From positions 1 to 45,706 of the IMG/VR virus record IMGVR_UViG_3300042342_000653: a stretch of DNA of 45,706 bases, one strand, 5' to 3'. Both the position numbers and the translations under genes were made by a program. This document shows positions 8,166 to 16,414 of the stretch, piece after piece. The stretch comes from a virus (lineage: Duplodnaviria > Caudoviricetes). Every line of letters begins with the position of its first letter. The first letter of the stretch is position 1. The notes beneath the pieces were generated by a model. That model was not told where the DNA came from, did no database searches, and saw only the letters and a list, made by a program, of their open reading frames with translations.

Positions 8166-8850
8166 TTTCCCCTCCTCTGCACTTCGTCAGGAACGGGCAG
8201 TACCCACATGGGAACAGCCAGTTTCCTGTCTTCTTAGACCGATACTTCTCCTCCGGTAGCTTCCACGGCGGAGTATCCTTGAACCGATCACTGTTCAGGA
8301 TCTTCAAGATGCGCAGTGACTTGTCTAGCCACTTCTCGTCCACGATAAACTCTTCAGTGACTAGGTCGCTCGCTCGAATGTACACTAGCCGCGCTGAGTA
8401 CTTATGACCGCGCATCCTGGTCAAGCTCTCTGCGTAGATAGCCGCCTGAATCTGGTGCTCTGGCTTCGGAATGAACTTCCAGGCGGAGTCCTTCACCGAC
8501 TTGTACTCAATCAGCTCGTGCTGACCGTCCTTCCATTGTACCACACCATCGGCGTTTCCTGCAAATCTAAGCTCCGGAATTGACACCGGCACCTCTTCCT
8601 CGTAGGAGATCAGGTGCTCAGAGTTCCGAAGCCTTCGGTTGAAGGAATCGTTGATAATGTGACCACGCTCAAAAATACGAAAGACCTCGTCGCCGCGGTC
8701 GTCCGTAGGGGTCTCGCCATTGGCGTAGTACCACTGCTGCCTGAGGCAGCTACCCAAGAGAGAGCCTCGCCACTTATCAGATGGCGGACGATCTGTCCTT
8801 GAGCTACGGAGTCCCTCGTCAAAGAGGTCTCCAATCATCTTGTTAACCAT
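8155..8850 (-). CDS. Cas4-like PD-(D/E)XK exonuclease with Fe-S cysteines
   Basis: C..QWY, GHIIN, ADG..EYK, QAAIY, CGYCPF..C; AGGAGG before the ATG at 8850. Confidence 0.88.
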   Translation of the reverse strand: MVNKMIGDLFDEGLRSSRTDRPPSDKWRGSLLGSCLRQQWYYANGETPTDDRGDEVFRIFERGHIINDSFNRRLRNSEHLISYEEEVPVSIPELRFAGNADGVVQWKDGQHELIEYKSVKDSAWKFIPKPEHQIQAAIYAESLTRMRGHKYSARLVYIRASDLVTEEFIVDEKWLDKSLRILKILNSDRFKDTPPWKLPEEKYRSKKTGNWLFPCGYCPFLTKCRGGENGE

Positions 8851-8878
8851 ACCCCTCCTATGCCCCACCAAATAAGTC

Positions 8879-8907
8879 CCCCAGGCCGGAGGGGCGCCGG
8901 CCTGGGG
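8879..8907 (-). terminator. GC-rich hairpin, possible terminator or attenuator
   Basis: CCCCAGGCCGG-N7-CCGGCCTGGGG followed by CTTATTT on the minus strand. Confidence 0.55.
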
Positions 8908-8913
8908 AAGAAC

Positions 8914-9267
8914 TTAACCGTTCAGGATGGAGTCTACTATAGCCTCCCAGTTATTGTCAAATCGGATAGCCCTATCGTCAACGTAGGCCTTGGCTACTGG
9001 CTTACCAGCTCCCACCCAGATCTCGTTATAAGGCACTCCCCACTCGTCAAGACGCTTGCGCATCTCGTCTACCCGCTCTGCCCTGTCATCAAATTTCTCC
9101 CATGCCCTGGCAGAGTGAATAATGATCTTGTAACCATTAGCTCGCAACCTATCAAGCGCCTCTATGACGCCCAATGCGGGGACGGTTGTTCCGAACACGC
9201 GTACTGCGATGGTGTCATCGTAGTCTACGCAAACGTTACGTGCGCCTTCCAGGTCTGCGTTGATCAT
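8914..9267 (-). CDS. Capless HAD-superfamily phosphatase
   Basis: DYDDT, HSAR, GKP, YVDDR motifs. Confidence 0.85.
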   Translation of the reverse strand: MINADLEGARNVCVDYDDTIAVRVFGTTVPALGVIEALDRLRANGYKIIIHSARAWEKFDDRAERVDEMRKRLDEWGVPYNEIWVGAGKPVAKAYVDDRAIRFDNNWEAIVDSILNG

Positions 9268-9995
9268 CGATGGATGCTGCTCAGGAGCGGCTTCATCTTG
9301 GCGAATACGTCTCGCAAGACAAGCACGTCCGCTTCGCAGTGCTCAACGATTGTACGGAAGGCCTGCTTGCCCTCCTTGGTGTGACGTCGCTCGGCTTCCT
9401 GCCACAGGCGAACGTCAAGAGGCGTCTTGCTATTGTTGGTGCGGAAATACTTGGAGATGTTCTCCAAGCTGCGTCGCCCGGCACGCATGTGTCGTCCTGT
9501 CGCGTACCACATCAGGTCAATATGCATCTGCGTTCCGATTGGCCGCTGGCCAGTCTCAAGCAGTCGCGCATTGATGATCGGAAGGTCAAACATCTTTGAG
9601 TTCCAACCGACCAGGATATCGTACTGTGCCAGCTCGTCGGCGATAGCCTTAACAAGCTTGCTGTCGTCCATCCATGTCTTACCCTTGTGTGTCTCTAGCG
9701 AAAGGGTCTTAACGTTACCGTGCTCATCTGCAACGCTCATGCAGAAGATCGTAGTCCACGACGAATACGTGGTCTCGAGGTCGTAGAATGCCATCCGGAA
9801 GCCGGCGTAGTCACCCTTCGGCACTGACTTAACCACCTGTACGTCCTTAGGTGCCTCTGGGTGCGTTGCTGCGTAACGCTTATGCAGCTTCTGCGCCTGG
9901 TCCTTACTGATGTCTAACTGGGTAGCGATCTCCTGAAAGGAGAGCCCCTTTTCCTTGAGCACAGCAATGCGCTCAATCGCTCCATCGTTTGCCAT
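9264..9995 (-). CDS. HTH plus RNase H-like (YprB/DnaQ-type) 3'-5' exonuclease
   Basis: GLSFQEIATQL HTH; YDLET, GWNSKMFD, HIDL, HCEADV; GGAGG before the ATG at 9995. Confidence 0.85.
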   Translation of the reverse strand: MANDGAIERIAVLKEKGLSFQEIATQLDISKDQAQKLHKRYAATHPEAPKDVQVVKSVPKGDYAGFRMAFYDLETTYSSWTTIFCMSVADEHGNVKTLSLETHKGKTWMDDSKLVKAIADELAQYDILVGWNSKMFDLPIINARLLETGQRPIGTQMHIDLMWYATGRHMRAGRRSLENISKYFRTNNSKTPLDVRLWQEAERRHTKEGKQAFRTIVEHCEADVLVLRDVFAKMKPLLSSIHR

Positions 9996-10039
9996 CTTTT
10001 CCTCCATACCTTGCAGAGGGAAGTCCCCTCCTACCCGCA

Positions 10040-10050
10040 ATTATACCACA
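10040..10050 (-). promoter_or_regulatory. Extended -10 sigma70-type promoter for the replication operon
   Basis: TGTGGTATAAT on the minus strand, about 45 nt upstream of the exonuclease start. Confidence 0.7.
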
Positions 10051-10055
10051 GAACG

Positions 10056-12929
10056 CTATCCTCTGCCGAATTCGCTCGTCTTCACCAGGTCCAGTGTTAC
10101 ACGTTCCGATCCGTCGGCTGGCAGCTCAAACCGCACCCCGCCGACAATGTAGGTGTCGGCGATAAAGTCTGGGCTGAATGTGTTGGTGTAGTTGACATTC
10201 TGCCTTCTCACTGCAATGCGCACAATGTCCCCAAGGTAGAAGTCTTCAAAAGGCCTGACGCTGTCCGGGGCCAGCTGAACGCTAACCATGGACACGTTAA
10301 GGATGTCGCTTGACTTGATTACCTGTGACTGCGCGTACTTCTCAAGCTCTGCAGCATCTGCAAAGTTTGCCTGAGTTGAAAGGATTGGAGCATACCCGTA
10401 CTCCTGGATTGAGGAATCGTTCTCGGCTAGCTTGCCCTGAGACCTAGACCCGCCAGAGCTGGTCGTTGATCCCGTTAGGAATGCGGTTGATGGAACCACC
10501 CTAACAGAGTTCCTTAGGTCCTTGCCGTTGCGTCGGTATCTAAACTGGTCAACAATCCCAGGGTAGTCAAGTACGAACACCGGCTCGTCCTGAGAGAGCG
10601 CTGGGGATACGTACACCTTAGTGCCTGGAGCGGCTGATCCTCGAACGCCAACAAAGTTGAATACTGACCTCCAAGGGATCTTGATGTCGTCAACTACGTC
10701 CCATCTAGCTGATGAGTCTGGCGTCAGTAGGTTGGCGGCCATCTCCTTGTCGCACATGCTGCGTAGGTAGGACAGGATTGATTCACCTGAGGTAAAGTAC
10801 CTAATCAGTTCTGAGTTCCATGACTGCCCGGATGCCAGTGCGTATGTAAGCCACCCAAACCGGCTGAATGATCCACCCTGAGACACCACGTACGGGATCT
10901 GTTTGTCAAAGATGTTCTGGAGCGTCTTCTTCTCTAGGCCCATGACCACCGTCTGCGAAGACGACGTGCTTGCGCTGATACCGTTAACGTCATGCGTCAT
11001 GACGCTGCCGTAGTCTGGGCTAGTTGAAGAGGTTTGAGGAGATACGTTAACAAGCTCAGCCGTAGTGTAGGCAGCAAACGTATAGGACACACCGCTGGTA
11101 AGGCAGTTGATCTCGTAGGAGTTAGTGATGTTGTGGGCTGTGCCAGTGAAGTTTCCGTATACCCCCCCTACTGTGCTTAGCGTCGGGGCAGTAGCGGCAG
11201 GTGCGATTACCTCAGCATCAACCGCGTCGTGCTGCCTAAGCTTGAGACTCCACTTTATAACGGCAGGGGTCTCAGGTTGGCCAATCTCAGCATAGGAATC
11301 CGGCCATACGTTGAAGGTGCATACCTCGTCACCAGGGCTAGCAATAATGCTTACACGAATCCTATTGATGTTGAACCTGTTGGGGATGTAGACGTCTTCC
11401 TTGCTGTCGTAGAGCTTCTCGTCGGCGTTGATTGCAGATCGCTCAATATATGTGTACCCGGTAAGGGTGTAATAACCATTGACCTCGTCGTAAGACATGT
11501 CAATCTTGTTGGCCTCACCAGCCTCATTCTTAGAGTAGACGGCAATCTCGTTGCCAGAGCTTCGGGCTGTGCTGTTTGAAGTTCTCTCTTTCAGGAAAGA
11601 CTTAGTGGCTGCCGGCCCGTGCGACAAACCGTTGGCGTTGATGTTATTTGCCGTGCTCACAGGGTATGTGTAGACAAGAGAAAGCTTTGGTCGATACGAA
11701 GCGCTAGCTGCCGTGCTGTAGATTGTAAAGTTGTCTGTCACCCCGGTCTCGTTTGTGTTGTACATCAGGATGCCGTTGTTGTTGGCTGCGCTTGCCTTCC
11801 AGTAGTTTACTATGCTTGAGATTGCAAATGTGTGTGTTGAGTTGTGCGTTGCCGCAATGCCAGTATAGGTAACGTCAGTAAGTCCGCCAGAAGTAGACGA
11901 GCTGGCGCTTGCCCAGTCACAGTTAGCGCTGCTTGAGTTACCCCAGGAGCCCTCTGATCCGGTAGAGCTATCGGTTGTCCAGTCAATACCTGAGGCGTTA
12001 ACCAGCAAGTCTCCCGGAGAGCTGTCAGTTACAGAGTGGTCGGCTGACGTATTGCTCTGGGTTAAGATTAGGTTTGCGGTTGTTACGGTTGCTGCGGAAG
12101 TAAGTGTAGATGGCAAGGTAAACTTTACGAGTCCCCTGGAGGTGTATCTCTTAAAGTAGCAATACCCGGTGCTTGATATTGGCGAGGATACAGTTCCAAC
12201 ATTTGAACCACTGGTTGTGGTAAATGTGATTGAACCACTGGTTGTTGATCCTGCCGCAGGGAACCTTCCAGTAAGGGTCCTGAGACCATTAATTCTACTT
12301 GAGGATGTCCCGCTAAGGTATACTACATCACCAACATCCAGGAGCGAAAAGGTGTTCCCAGTAATGAACACCGACGCAGCGGTTGATACAATGTAATAGT
12401 TGCTCACGTTAAATGACTGAGGAAACGCCCCGATAACCATGTGCTGCTCTGTGTCGTTTGAGTTCCAGTCAGATGTGGTGTTATACAGGGTTGAGGCAGA
12501 TCGAGTTGCAGTCAGGGTGGTAGTGACCGTCTCGGTGGTACTGGCTGGCTCTGGGCGCCTAATAGCGTCTTCAGAGCCAGACTCTGGCCCCACCAGTTTG
12601 GTGAAGTGCATGCTTAGCATGGTCATGTAGTCCATGCCCTCGTAGACAATCTCGTCGTTGGTGGCGTCGTACGTGGTCAGTAGACCGGCCCCAATCAAGA
12701 CCCAGTTACCAGCGCTCAGCCTCTCAACCTTGTAGTGTCGCTTAAGGGGTACAAGCTCTGGGACAAGGGGATGGTTAATCGGCAGGGTCCAGAAGGCGCT
12801 GCCAACGTCGTTAGCGTATACCTCAGAGCCGACGTTCTTTGCGTCGTAGATGACGCACCTCTCGTTGCCAACGCCCCTGTTAGCGCCGATATCAAAGATG
12901 CGGATTCTAACGCTGCTGCTCAAAGCCAT
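10056..12929 (-). CDS. Tail hub/tip-like protein with inserted carbohydrate-binding-like domains
   Basis: N- and C-termini resemble siphovirus minor-tail hub proteins (NDVGSAFWTL; DFYLGDIVRI); central Ser/Thr-rich DNRLRE-like region (SRGLVKF..NNGIL..RPKLSLVY). Confidence 0.7.
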   Translation of the reverse strand: MALSSSVRIRIFDIGANRGVGNERCVIYDAKNVGSEVYANDVGSAFWTLPINHPLVPELVPLKRHYKVERLSAGNWVLIGAGLLTTYDATNDEIVYEGMDYMTMLSMHFTKLVGPESGSEDAIRRPEPASTTETVTTTLTATRSASTLYNTTSDWNSNDTEQHMVIGAFPQSFNVSNYYIVSTAASVFITGNTFSLLDVGDVVYLSGTSSSRINGLRTLTGRFPAAGSTTSGSITFTTTSGSNVGTVSSPISSTGYCYFKRYTSRGLVKFTLPSTLTSAATVTTANLILTQSNTSADHSVTDSSPGDLLVNASGIDWTTDSSTGSEGSWGNSSSANCDWASASSSTSGGLTDVTYTGIAATHNSTHTFAISSIVNYWKASAANNNGILMYNTNETGVTDNFTIYSTAASASYRPKLSLVYTYPVSTANNINANGLSHGPAATKSFLKERTSNSTARSSGNEIAVYSKNEAGEANKIDMSYDEVNGYYTLTGYTYIERSAINADEKLYDSKEDVYIPNRFNINRIRVSIIASPGDEVCTFNVWPDSYAEIGQPETPAVIKWSLKLRQHDAVDAEVIAPAATAPTLSTVGGVYGNFTGTAHNITNSYEINCLTSGVSYTFAAYTTAELVNVSPQTSSTSPDYGSVMTHDVNGISASTSSSQTVVMGLEKKTLQNIFDKQIPYVVSQGGSFSRFGWLTYALASGQSWNSELIRYFTSGESILSYLRSMCDKEMAANLLTPDSSARWDVVDDIKIPWRSVFNFVGVRGSAAPGTKVYVSPALSQDEPVFVLDYPGIVDQFRYRRNGKDLRNSVRVVPSTAFLTGSTTSSGGSRSQGKLAENDSSIQEYGYAPILSTQANFADAAELEKYAQSQVIKSSDILNVSMVSVQLAPDSVRPFEDFYLGDIVRIAVRRQNVNYTNTFSPDFIADTYIVGGVRFELPADGSERVTLDLVKTSEFGRG

Positions 12930-13759
12930 GCCTCTCGGTACGTAACGACAGCGTCTGCCGTAGTGCTACCCTCAATGACAACTGTTCCCGGATGGACCAG
13001 GAAGTCACCGCTGGTGACCACGTGGCTAATCCTGCAGTTGGTCTGTGACATAGTGTCTGTGTCAATGGATATCGCTCCAGCATCAATGGCTACGGCAACA
13101 ACCGTGCTCGTAAGAAGGCCGCTTGTCCATGAGAACGTCACGGTATCACCAGCCGCGCAGCTGGCCTTTGTCAGCACTGGATACACCGGAGCCGAGCCCC
13201 TGTGCTCTCCAGCGCCAGACTTTGTAGTGGTCAGGAACTTCTTAGGATTGGGAGCAATAAACCTGATCTGAGCAGGCTGAGCGAAGCCTTCGCTTGCCTT
13301 GCCTACGGAGGTGCGCCTGTTGACATTGTACACTGGCAAGCTCGCTGGCCGCACTAGCATGTCAAGCTCAATACCGCCAGGGAAGTCAGCGGATAGGTCC
13401 CACGTTGGCTGAAAGAACCGCAATGCCCGAACGCCGTATGTGGCGTCAAATCCTAGCGGCATCGGCTGTAGGGCTGCGGTAAGGGTGTCAATGTTGTCCC
13501 AGAAGTCCCCAATGGTCTCTCCGTATACGGACACCACCATCTCAACCCCACGGGCTCCTAGGTACGCCTCCGTGACGGTTGAACCGTCTCGTAGCGCGGC
13601 CTTGTCAATGAACCCTTGCGCAGGAACAGCTGCATAATTAGCAGACTCAACCTTAAACCCTGAGAGAGGAGCGGACCCAACTCGAGTACCGGCCAAGGAG
13701 TTCAGGTCAAGAAACGTTGTTGTGCCAGTCTGAATCCGAATAGGACGGTTGAAATCCAT
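12920..13759 (-). CDS. Distal-tail (Dit)-like protein
   Basis: GARGVEMVV..LTAAL..IRFIAPNP pattern; located just before the hub-like gene. Confidence 0.6.
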   Translation of the reverse strand: MDFNRPIRIQTGTTTFLDLNSLAGTRVGSAPLSGFKVESANYAAVPAQGFIDKAALRDGSTVTEAYLGARGVEMVVSVYGETIGDFWDNIDTLTAALQPMPLGFDATYGVRALRFFQPTWDLSADFPGGIELDMLVRPASLPVYNVNRRTSVGKASEGFAQPAQIRFIAPNPKKFLTTTKSGAGEHRGSAPVYPVLTKASCAAGDTVTFSWTSGLLTSTVVAVAIDAGAISIDTDTMSQTNCRISHVVTSGDFLVHPGTVVIEGSTTADAVVTYREAWL

Positions 13760-14421
13760 TAGGAAACTCTCCTGATTCTCCTGATTCTAGCAAGCAGACG
13801 CTCGTAGCGCTGTCGTGCAATTGTGTAGTTCTGGTTAATCATTGGCACCGATACGTCAGTAGCTCCAGAGTTAACCTGCCACTGCTGGAACATGGTGCGG
13901 TCTGCCATCAGCTTGAAGAACGCTTCAGCTTGGATGTGGTAGCGTAGCGCCTCTTCGGCCTGTGCGTCAAGGGTATCCACGGTCCAGTCACCGTAGCCGA
14001 TAAGTCGCAGGTGGCTGATCAGGTCAGACATGCCGGGCTGTAGGTAGACTGTGCCGCCATGGGCTTCCCAGCCGCTGTAGTTGCCGTACCCGTTGGCAGG
14101 CTCAAGTGGGCCAAGGGCTTCGTACCATGAGGCAATTGGGCTTACGTTGTTGTCAATCTTGTAGGCAAGGGCGTCAATTCGAATGACCGTCTCCATGCCT
14201 TCTGGTAGTGCAATGCTTGTGTGGTGAGAGCTTGAGTATACCTGTGGGACTGCAACGGTAGACGCAACCTCTCTCGGGTATGCCCGGGAGATGTCAACAA
14301 GAGCAAGGTTAACCAGGTCAATAAGTTCCTGGTTGCTCCATGTTCGGTCTACGCCGTCAGACGTCCCAGTGTCGCGCAAATCGCGACGTACCTTCTGAAG
14401 AAGCGTATCAATTGCTGCCAT
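13759..14421 (-). CDS. Head-tail adaptor protein
   Basis: LLQKVRRDL.D..WSNQELIDLVN.AL N-terminus; directly after the capsid gene. Confidence 0.7.
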   Translation of the reverse strand: MAAIDTLLQKVRRDLRDTGTSDGVDRTWSNQELIDLVNLALVDISRAYPREVASTVAVPQVYSSSHHTSIALPEGMETVIRIDALAYKIDNNVSPIASWYEALGPLEPANGYGNYSGWEAHGGTVYLQPGMSDLISHLRLIGYGDWTVDTLDAQAEEALRYHIQAEAFFKLMADRTMFQQWQVNSGATDVSVPMINQNYTIARQRYERLLARIRRIRRVS

Positions 14422-14435
14422 TTATCTCCTGTCGG

Positions 14436-14476
14436 GGAACCCCCCAGCTAGCCATAAACCAGCTGGGGGGTGTTCC
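14436..14476 (-). terminator. Hairpin after the major capsid gene
   Basis: CCCCCCAGCT-N11-AGCTGGGGGG; weak U-tract, so it may attenuate or stabilise rather than terminate. Confidence 0.5.
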
Positions 14477-14490
14477 ACCATTAGCTCTGA

Positions 14491-15813
14491 TTACAGAGCG
14501 GTTGCTCGCGTCTCAAGACGCAGGTATCGCGTGATACCAGTGTTGGTCTGCGGAACGATCTTCGTAACGAAGCCGTCCGAGACTGCCGTGCTGGAGATCG
14601 TGCCGTCGTGCGTCACCGTGAAGGTGAGCGTCGTGTCGGTACGAGCAGTTACGGTCCAGCTGCCGTTAACGTTGGCGTGGACACCAATGACATTGATCTT
14701 CTCACCAACAAACATACCGTGGTTTGCGCTGGTGGTAATGACCGCCGCCGTGGTGGTCTTTGCAACGTTTGACACAACAGCTGCCTTATCGGAGCCGTTG
14801 TAGTCGCTCTTGTCAGCCTCGCCGACAATCATCGCACCGAAGCGAACCTTGTAACCAAGGAGCGCTCGCTGCGAGAGTGGGTCGGAGTGGTCGCCACCAG
14901 GGGCAACAAAGTACGTCTGCATCGTCTGTGAGTCGCCGACGACGAATGCGTCAGGACCGAAGAAGAGTGCCGAGTACACTGCCGTACCGCTGACGTCAAA
15001 GGTCTTGGCCTCAGGCGAAACGAGGAAGCGTACGCCAGAATAGGCGCCGATTTCACCGTTAAGGAGGTCCAAGGACTGAGTGTACTTCGTGGCTTCAAGG
15101 AAACCATGATTCGAAGTATCCGTCAACAGGTCGAACTGCTGGTTAGGGTGAATGATGCAACGGTAGTATCCGTCAGCATAAGGAGGGATGTTGGCCGTCT
15201 TAAGACGAGCAACAGCCTTCTTAACTTCAAGACCGTTGAGCTTGTAGCTCTGGCGAGCAACACCGTCGGCGATGTCCGAAAGGGTTGCGCCAGCAAGGCC
15301 GGCTCGGGTAGTGATGGCGCTGTCGCCAGACGACTGACCCTGAGCGTAGTGTACACGGGCCGTACCCGCGTTCATGACGTCACGGACGATGCGATCCATC
15401 GACTGTGCCGCTGCGAACGAGATGCGCTCGGAAGCGATGGACACCAAGTCATGCGGCGAGTCCTGCTGGACAATGTCGCTGAGGCTGGTGTACGCACCGT
15501 ACTGCTTTACCGAGAAGTACTCAGTGCGAACACTGAGGTTGACCACTGGGTCAGGCGTCACGCCTTCCGACAGTTCAGTCAACGAGTGGCTGATGTCTGG
15601 ATAGCGTACGTAACGAATTCGATCGGTGCCCTTGATAAAGGTTCCCGGCATATAATTGCTCGGAAGGGCGTGAACCATGCGATTTCGGAGTTCTACCTGA
15701 ACACTCTGCGACACAAGCTCCTGAACGAGCTTCTGAAACGCATTGGACTCAGTCCCGTTAAAGGACTTGAGGTTGTTCAGAGCAGGACCCGAAAGGGTTG
15801 ATGTAGTAGCCAT
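14491..15813 (-). CDS. Major capsid protein, N4-gp56 family, with an inserted beta domain
   Basis: LSEGVTP, KQYG, IIHP..FDL, GEIG..SGVRF, DPLSQR..GYK motifs. Confidence 0.92.
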   Translation of the reverse strand: MATTSTLSGPALNNLKSFNGTESNAFQKLVQELVSQSVQVELRNRMVHALPSNYMPGTFIKGTDRIRYVRYPDISHSLTELSEGVTPDPVVNLSVRTEYFSVKQYGAYTSLSDIVQQDSPHDLVSIASERISFAAAQSMDRIVRDVMNAGTARVHYAQGQSSGDSAITTRAGLAGATLSDIADGVARQSYKLNGLEVKKAVARLKTANIPPYADGYYRCIIHPNQQFDLLTDTSNHGFLEATKYTQSLDLLNGEIGAYSGVRFLVSPEAKTFDVSGTAVYSALFFGPDAFVVGDSQTMQTYFVAPGGDHSDPLSQRALLGYKVRFGAMIVGEADKSDYNGSDKAAVVSNVAKTTTAAVITTSANHGMFVGEKINVIGVHANVNGSWTVTARTDTTLTFTVTHDGTISSTAVSDGFVTKIVPQTNTGITRYLRLETRATAL

Positions 15814-15826
15814 TTAGCTACCTCCT

Positions 15827-16366
15827 CTACTCTGCAAAGGGGTTGCCAAGGGCGCGAATTGCGTCCTTGATGTCCTCTGTCTTCATTGGTTTATCTGTTG
15901 CGACGTTACGCTTTGGAGCGTTAGCGTCGTTAATTTCTCCGGCGGCCTCGCCACCAATGTGCGACTTAACGAAGTTCTCAAACTCCGCAGCACGCTCTGC
16001 CTCAGAGAGGTTACGCACCTTCTCCTGGAAATTGTAGTACTGAGGGAAGCTGGCTTTCAGCTTCTCCGACTCGTACCGCGTCTCCGTGTTCTTGAGCTCG
16101 TCTTCGAGCTGCTTGATCTTGCGTGCTGCCTTCTCAAACTCCGACAGGGAGGCTTCCTCTTGGAGGGCCTTCCACTGTGCGAGCTCTTCGTACTTGAACT
16201 TAAACTCCTCTGCTGCCTTTTGGGCTGCAGTTAGAGCTTGGTCCTTTCCTGAGAGACGACGCTTCCAAGTGGCGACATCATCCTCCGCCTCAGTGGCTGC
16301 TGGAGGATTTACACCCTCTGGCTGCGACTCAAGCGGATTCTCCGCCGCGACTTCAAGGTCTGCCAT
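15827..16366 (-). CDS. Capsid scaffolding protein
   Basis: Acidic coiled-coil immediately upstream of the capsid gene; AAAGGAG RBS. Confidence 0.8.
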   Translation of the reverse strand: MADLEVAAENPLESQPEGVNPPAATEAEDDVATWKRRLSGKDQALTAAQKAAEEFKFKYEELAQWKALQEEASLSEFEKAARKIKQLEDELKNTETRYESEKLKASFPQYYNFQEKVRNLSEAERAAEFENFVKSHIGGEAAGEINDANAPKRNVATDKPMKTEDIKDAIRALGNPFAE

Positions 16367-16414
16367 CTCTGGCTCCTTTCTTATATATCCCCAGGTCAGT
16401 ATTTCTGACCTGTG

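Noticed and set aside
12203-12245. 16-bp direct repeat TTGAACCACTGGTTGT
   Set aside because: Local duplication encoding TTSGS twice in a Ser/Thr-rich segment; no regulatory context
15106-15801. 231-aa plus-strand ORF
   Set aside because: Antisense shadow of the capsid gene with no RBS or motif
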